Virus record (IMG/VR): IMGVR_UViG_3300045988_113959
Coordinates: 1-64,000 of that record
Origin: a virus
Strand: one strand, 5' to 3'
Length of the DNA: 64,000 nt
Positions 57,101 through 64,000 of this stretch are shown one piece after another. How positions within the stretch are numbered: the first letter of the stretch is position 1; each line of letters starts with the position of its first letter. A program made the position numbers and the translations under genes. The notes under the pieces were generated by a model that did not search any database, was not told the origin of the DNA, and was given only the letters and a program-made list of their open reading frames with translations.

Positions 57101-59199
57101 TTAAAACTATATTGTTTGGTAATAAAGAAGTTGATAATATCTTTTTAAGATTTAACAAACTTAAGAGTGATATGCAAGCTAATCCTTAGAATTACCCAGG
57201 TCTTATAGACCCAGTTACACTTGGTGTTCAGAATGAGCTTTTGAATTATCTAAATCCAATATCAGCTAATGAAAAATCACCTGTTGGTAGATTTGTGTTA
57301 TCTACAAATCAAATGAAAGTTAATCAAAGTAAGAAATAGATTTTATCAAGCGCATTTAGTCAACTGTTATCATATCAAGATGAAAATGTTAGACAACTTG
57401 CTGAAGATTTAGCTTTCTATGCATATTATTCTTCTTATGACCAGAATAGAGTTGACGCATTCTTTGATTTAGTTCCTGTTGAATACAGAGCTCAATATGA
57501 TAAAGCTCTTATGTTTGCTCTACACGATATGAATCGTAGTGAAAATAAACTTGTAAATACAAACAATGATTTATTAAGTTTATATAACTATGATGTTAAT
57601 AATATTGAAGCTGATAGAGCAGAAAATATAATCGATATTATATCAAGAAACTATTGGTACGATGATAATATAGTTAAAACTCACTATATAAAAGAAGATG
57701 AAAGTGTTTTTTTATTAGGAGGAGGTTATGATGTTCTTGGAGAGCCAGTAATTGTTCAAAATGAAGATAATAAGGTTTATCCTAACTTTATAGTTACTAG
57801 CAATTCTGATAGCTCTTATATTAAAATTAAGAGTGGAAAGAATTATATGTTGTATAAAAATATAGGTTCTGTTATTAAATATAGAGATGGTAATATCGTT
57901 GGTATTCAATATGTTTACGCTGCTACAAACAAGGCTGGAATAAAACAAGGTCAAGCAAATATTCTTGAGATGTATGGGTCTTTTGGTGTTGGTTCCATAT
58001 TTGAAAATAATAAACTTGATGAAGAGTTCTCTCATGATAAAGTTGTATCTGATGTAGAAAAGCTTGTAAAAGATAGTAATGAGGCTAATAGCGGTTATGG
58101 TTTTGAATTATCATGGTATAAGCCTGTAATAAAACAATCTACATCATAGTATAAAGATAACTTTATTCAGACTCAAATTGCTAATCCCGAACGTGTTATA
58201 AAAGTTGGTCCAGTTAAGTTAAAGGCTGGTCAAAAAGCTCCAGATAGAGTTGGTATAAACAAAGCTGATGTAGTTATAAATATAGTAAATGATTCTGTTA
58301 AAGAATCAGATTATTATAATACAATAAAGAGTGAAGATGCTAAATAGAAAACCGTTACTGTTAATATGAGTGAAAACCCGTCTAAGTTTATAAATAAGAT
58401 TTTAACCTTAATAAATAAGGATAATGCTATTATACACTTTACAACTCCAATATTTGATTATATATTAGAAAGAGGAGTTAGTGATGATAGAATCAGTAAA
58501 TATATTGAGAGTGAAATTGAAAGACTTGAGAATGTTTTTGATACACAAGATGTGAAAGAAAAAGAAGTGCTTCTTAAACAAAATAGAGAGATGCTTGAAA
58601 GCTTTAAAGCTCGTAGAGTTTTAGCTTTGCAAGACCTACATTCTTTTATTAGAGAAATATTAAACCAACTGTCTATCAATGACGTTAATATAAATAGAAT
58701 ATCAACATCTTCTACTAAAAAAGGAAACTCTAAAAGATATGCTTTAGCAAAATCTGTAGCCGTATTGTCTAATTATATGCAATATACGTTCTCTGGTAAG
58801 AATATAATATACTGTAATAATAATCTTACATCTGATAATAAAGCATTTAGAAATTATATAAAAGAACTTCAGTATGAGGTTGACGATAGTGAAAATTTAT
58901 TAGAAGATGCAGCTATAAATGAGTATATTGATATAAATCAAACATTAGCTAAAGATGTAATGAACTATGACGACAAATCATCTAATATAGTAGAAAGGAC
59001 ATTAAAAGAAAATACTGGCGAAGATTCTAAAACTTAGACAGAAAGTAAAACAGATGATGACGCTAGCAATAATATATCTAGTTTTGATTCGCTAAGTATA
59101 CTTTCTAATGCTATAGACTATAGCTCTGATGATTTCTTGGACGAAGTTTAGGAAGATTTAGAGAATGATTTAGAAGATAATAATCACGAAAAATGTTAA
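42163..59199 (+). CDS. giant virion protein (5678 codons, about 33 TAG) containing a two-barrel RNA polymerase module and an HExxH motif
   Basis: Frame 1 has no TAA or TGA from ATG 42163 to TAA TAA at 59197-59202, joining 21 track ORFs. GYRIPTQGQSS (55210-) and GSDFDVD (DxDxD at 55330-55344) are spaced as in the beta-prime NRAPTLH...NADFDGD motif. HEAWH is at 49927-49941. Confidence 0.8.
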
Positions 59200-59205
59200 T
59201 AATAT

Positions 59206-62200
59206 ATGTTTTGTCCATATTATAAAAATAAAGAAGTGTTTGATGGCTTTAATAGTATGATTCAAGCATTTGGTGGACAACCTATGACGGAAGATGAATT
59301 TAAGTCGGCTAATCTAAGAAATTAGAGAGTCGGCTTAGATTTATATGCTATGGAAGCAGCTTATAGGTTGTATGATAAAAACGGAGGATTGTTTTTAGAT
59401 AAAGTTCCAAACAGTCAATCTAAAGAGAATCCAAACGGTATAGATTCCAGATTATTCTCTGATATTCTTGCTAAGAATAATGGTGATTATCTTAAGTCTA
59501 TAAAAGAAAAAGCTCAATATTATTCTAAAAGGTATATTAATACGTACGGAGATTGGCTTTCAAATAAACCAAATAAAGATTCTTATTTAGATATCAATCA
59601 CGAACCAATAATGAATAATGAAAGAGCTTCGATTGCTCTATTTAGTGCTAATTAGACTTTTGGTGATGGTATTGGTAGGCATGACCCAGTAACAAGGTTA
59701 TTTGCAGGAGAAGTTGTGAGTTCTACATATTTGTTACAATATTTCCTAGATACTAATACGTTTTCTTTAAAGAATAAAATATTAGCCAAAGTTTTATCTA
59801 AGCACGATATTCCAGTAAGGATTAATAATAGTATAAATGCAGACGCTGACAGTGTAATTGTTAAAGGTTATAGATATATACAGTTTAACGGTAATGTATT
59901 AAGAAATTATTCAAATAGATATGTAGCGAATACATTAATACACGAGATTGTGCATCAATTAACAACTGGTGCATTACGTAATCCACAAACTAAAGAAGAA
60001 AAGGATTTATAGAGAAATGTGAAAAAGTTTTATAACTATATAAACAAACACTTTAAAGAGTTTTCTTCTATATTTAGCGACGTGGATGGTGCATTGTACG
60101 CTATGGAAGATGAGTTTGAATTTGTTGCAGAATTAGCATCAGATGAATATACTAGAGAGCAAGTTTATAAAGTAGCAAAATTAATAGACAATAATAAAAA
60201 TATTGTTATACGAACACTTAATAATATAATAAACGCAATATCAAAAATACTTGTTGGTAGAAGTGTAGTAGGTAGTGTTAAAGAGTTTGATAAGCTTAGT
60301 AAGTAGGTTGAAGATTTTTTAATGTCAAGAAATGTAATTGTTAATAAAGAACCTTCAAATTAGGAAGTTATAAATTATTATGATGATATAATGAAAAATG
60401 CATCTGATTATGATATGGCTGGTGAAAACATTATTCATCTTAATAAAGCTGTAGACTATATAGATAGACATTATAAAAAATCATCTAACAATAGTGATAC
60501 TTATTATCAAAATATACAAAATTCACTATCTGTTAGACTTAATGCAATTAGAACATCAAGTTTAGACGCATCGAAGAAAGCTAATCTAATCAACTCAACA
60601 CAATCTTAGATAGACTTGTTTACAATATCAACTATATCTCAATATGATGCCATTACATCGTTTTTGAGACAGGTTGTACCACAATTAATACAAGATAAAC
60701 AAGAAATCTTCGATATTTATTACAAGCATAAAAGTTTTACATCTAATGATTATATGTTTCAAATGCATAGCAATATAAAAATGTATGACTCAATCGTTGA
60801 ACAACTTCAACTCATGCTTAGTGAAGATGGTAACATTCAACAAATTGTAGACTTATATAACAAGGGAAAAATTGACAAAGATAAAATATCAGTAGATGAT
60901 TTACTAAATGTTAAACAAGATGTTGATAATTTGTCATCAGTAACTACAGCTGCTAAGGCTGTATTAGACCACATGTTAGATTCTATAAGCTACGATAAAA
61001 TGAAGGATGTATCAGAATCTGTTGGTGCGAGAGAAGGTGTTAAATATGCAGACTCTTTTGTAATGCATGAGATTATCAATGATGATATAAGTGTTAGACA
61101 GTTGTATGCTGGAGCGTCAGATTCATCAACAAATGAGGCTATTAGAGCAATATCTCATATGGTAAATAAAGCTATAGAGAATGCTGATAATGACGCAATA
61201 CCAGTTGGTTTAGCTATGCTTAATGCTGTTAAGAATCTTAAGCGTGGTGAGTCTCAATTATAGTTATATGAGTTAGATGAAAATGGTCAAACTACAGGTT
61301 ATCTTGTAAGAAATTTAAATTATGGTAAATTCTGGAAAAATTACGATAATGCATTGAAAGATATAAATAGAGCCGTTACTAAAAAATTTAGTAAAGATGG
61401 TCTTATATTAAAAGATGATAATAGATTTCCACCAGATTAGAATGATGATGCAAGAATTATGTGGAATAATATGAGAAATAAATGGCTTGCAGAAAATTCT
61501 CATAGAAAATATACTCCAGAGTATTATAAAATATAGTCAGAGGTTCCATATTCTGCAAGAAAAGCATTAGACCAATATGATTCTCAAATACAGTCGTTAT
61601 TATCTAAACAGGGTGTTATAGATGAGAATGGTATAAAACATTTCGATAAGCTAACAGATGAAGAATGGGACCGTTTAAAGTCAGCTTGGAGAGACAAAGC
61701 AATGCTGTATGAGGATTATACTATATTTGGTGTTTTAAAGACCGGAGAAGAGCTTAAAATAGCTCGCTCACTACAAGACTTCAGAAAGAAATTAAACGAC
61801 TATAGAGAGAAGAAAACAGGTAAGAAATTCGACCCTGTTTATGACCAAAAAGGTTGGCAAAAACAATTTGATAAGATAGTTGAAGAATGTGGCGGTAAAA
61901 AAGCGTTCAACAAGTGGATGCAAGATGGTTACAGTTCTAAGTTTGACGATTAGAAATTCCTTAAGTGGGCAAGAAGAAACGCAAGACTTCAGTTTAAGAA
62001 AGATGAAGATGGTAATGCAATAGTATTTGAGAAAATAAAAGAAGCTATGCGTGGAATTTCAATTGACTTTGGAAAAGAATACGATGAGCTTAAAGAAAAG
62101 AGACAAGCATTACTTAGACCGCATAAAGACCAATATGGTGAAATTGATGGTAATAATATACCAGAATCAGTAAGGAATATATTAATGGATATAAAATCTT

Positions 62201-64000
62201 AGATGCGAGATATTCGCAATAAAGTTTTATCTGAAAATCAACAAATATCAAAACTATATTATAAGTATTCTGAGCTTATGGACGAATATATAACCAGAGA
62301 GAATACAGAATACTATAATGATGTAGAAAGGTCTATAGATGATATGCTTCTTGAAGATGAAATAGACGACCCTGGTGTAAGATATGCAATGCTTCTTGAC
62401 TATGGCTATGACCCAGATGATACTGGAGAGTTTATACAACCAGATGACTGGTGGGTTAAAACTGTAGCTACAGATAAACTTGAGTATATGGAGTTTACAC
62501 CTGGAAAAGGTTGGATGTTACAACAAGACGAATCTGTATTCCTTGACAAAGAGTATGAAAAACTATCTAAGGAAGAAGGAAATAATAGTTCGTTTATACC
62601 GAAAAAGAGTCTGTATGATAACTCCCGCGCGTTTGAAAAGATAAAAAACTCTGAGGGTTTATATAATTTATATAATCTAACATTAGAGTATATGAAAAAA
62701 TCAAACGAAATGTAGACTAATAGAATGTTTACAGATGATTATCTTTTACCACAGATGCAAGGTTCTTTATGGAAGAGATTAAAAAGAAGTAGAACTAAAT
62801 GGGCTACATTTATTGAATGGTTTAAAGAATAGATTGGTATATCTCAAAGTATTGATGATAGTATCCAATACGGAGAGTCTTCTGCATTGGATGAGAATAG
62901 TAATGAGTATGGTAATAAAGAAGTATCAAATATTGGTAAATACCCAGATGGTCGTAGATTTAATATACTACCACAGTATTACACAAGAAAGCTATAGGAC
63001 CCGTCACAATTGTCATCTGATTTAGTTAAAATGATAACAACTTATTATAACATGTCTTCATTATATAAATATAAATCTGAAATTAAAGACGATGTTGAAA
63101 GCTTAATAGATGCTATAGGTAAATAGAAGTTTGCTCAAGATTATGCACAATTTTCTACTAAAAAAACAACTGTAGATGGAATAAACTCAAAGACATTTGA
63201 ATTTATTAATAAGTGGGTTGAAATGAATCTGTATGATAAAGCAAGACTCAAATTTAATTTCAATAAATGGGGTTTAAATATAAACTTTGATAAGACTTTA
63301 CAATTATCAAGGAGATATATCACAGCTAGAAACTTAGGACTTAATCCAAAAGTTGCTGTAGTTGGATTCTTAACAACTATGTATAACCATATAGCTTACA
63401 CACTAACTGGTCAAAGATATAGCGCTAAAGAAACTTTAGCTTCTATGCTCGATATAGCTTCAAGAACACTATTCAAACATTTACTTGGAGCTAGAACTAT
63501 AGGTAATCCATATACTAAAGATAAAATGCTTGTCATAATGAGTAATTTTGGTATGGCTAATCAGTGGGATAACACTATAAGTCATACGAATAGAAATAGG
63601 TTTATACAATCTGCATTTAAACAGTCTATATATGGATTTATGTCTACCACCGATATATTAACTAAACAATAGATAGCGCAATCAACTCTTAGAGCTCACC
63701 ATTATGTAGATGGAGAATTTTTAACAAAGTATGACATAAGAATGCGTCGTGTTAAAAATGGCGAAGATTGGTTTAATAACGCTATGAAGCAATATAATAA
63801 AAATAAATCTTTATGGGATTTAATTGACACTTCAACAGGTTAGATAAAAATAACTGGCGATAATCAAGATTATAAAGCTGCTTATAAAAAGAGTGAATTT
63901 AAAATTAAAAATAGATGTGTTAAATATGCAGAAGAAGCCGACGGTATGGCTACACCATTACAAAGAGCTTTACTTGTACGTAGTTGGGCTGGTGTTCTTG
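59206..64000 (+). CDS. second giant virion protein, 5' part (at least 1598 codons, about 17 TAG), with HExxH motif
   Basis: ATG lies 4 nt after the TAA TAA. Frame 1 is open to the window end, joining track ORFs 59350 to 63223. LIHEIVHQL is at 59941-59955. Confidence 0.75.

Noticed and set aside
62813-63025. Alternative-frame plus-strand ORFs inside longer genes (62813-63025, 40905-41123, 15173-15400, 23065-23328, 28824-29039, 50819-51106).
   Set aside because: Each lies out of frame inside a continuous, motif-bearing reading frame. Their sequences look like frame-shifted noise.
1-64000. Reading the ORF fragmentation as pseudogenisation, sequencing frameshifts or an assembly of decayed genes.
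   Set aside because: All interruptions are the single codon TAG, and the frame never shifts. TAA and TGA are absent inside genes. Conserved motifs (the TerL nuclease motif, the intein blocks, the GDPD domain, the RNAP DxDxD) lie on both sides of TAGs.
1-64000. Lysogeny, defence or anti-defence cassettes (integrase, repressor switch, restriction-modification, retron or DGR reverse transcriptase, CRISPR).
   Set aside because: Reading the translations by eye, I found no recombinase, reverse-transcriptase or methyltransferase motif. The window is almost entirely virion, nucleotide-metabolism and selfish-element genes. Absence is by eye only, not from a profile search.

Overview
This is a strongly AT-rich dsDNA phage segment laid out like a crAss-like (Crassvirales-type) podophage. 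A short leftward block (34-5573) holds small proteins plus ThyX. A long rightward block follows, in this order: small proteins, two tRNA genes, dUTPase, tail fibres, large terminase, portal, scaffold-like protein, major capsid protein, connector and tail proteins, a small lysis cassette, and then giant virion proteins. The main observation is that the ORF track is fragmented only because in-frame TAG is read as a sense codon, most likely Gln. Joining same-frame ORFs across TAG gives about 45 tightly packed genes that all end in TAA or TGA, with about 170 internal TAGs by hand count. One is a 17,037-nt ORF (42163-59199) carrying a two-barrel RNA-polymerase active-site motif (RIPTQGQSS ... DFDVD) and an HExxH motif. 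A second giant ORF runs off the window end. Three selfish elements interrupt essential genes. A LAGLIDADG intein sits in the terminase. A T4-td-like group I intron with an HNH gene sits in the capsid gene. An HNH-carrying insertion of about 1 kb splits a Gln-like tRNA whose 5' half fixes the anticodon as CUN, so it may be the amber suppressor. Other points are a tail fibre with a GDPD phosphodiesterase domain, a run of 10 TAGs in 85 codons, several genes invisible to standard-code ORF calling, and a non-coding region of about 580 nt with DnaA-box-like sites. All functional calls rest on motifs read by eye and on gene order. No homology search or RNA folding was run, so coordinates of starts and splice junctions are provisional.
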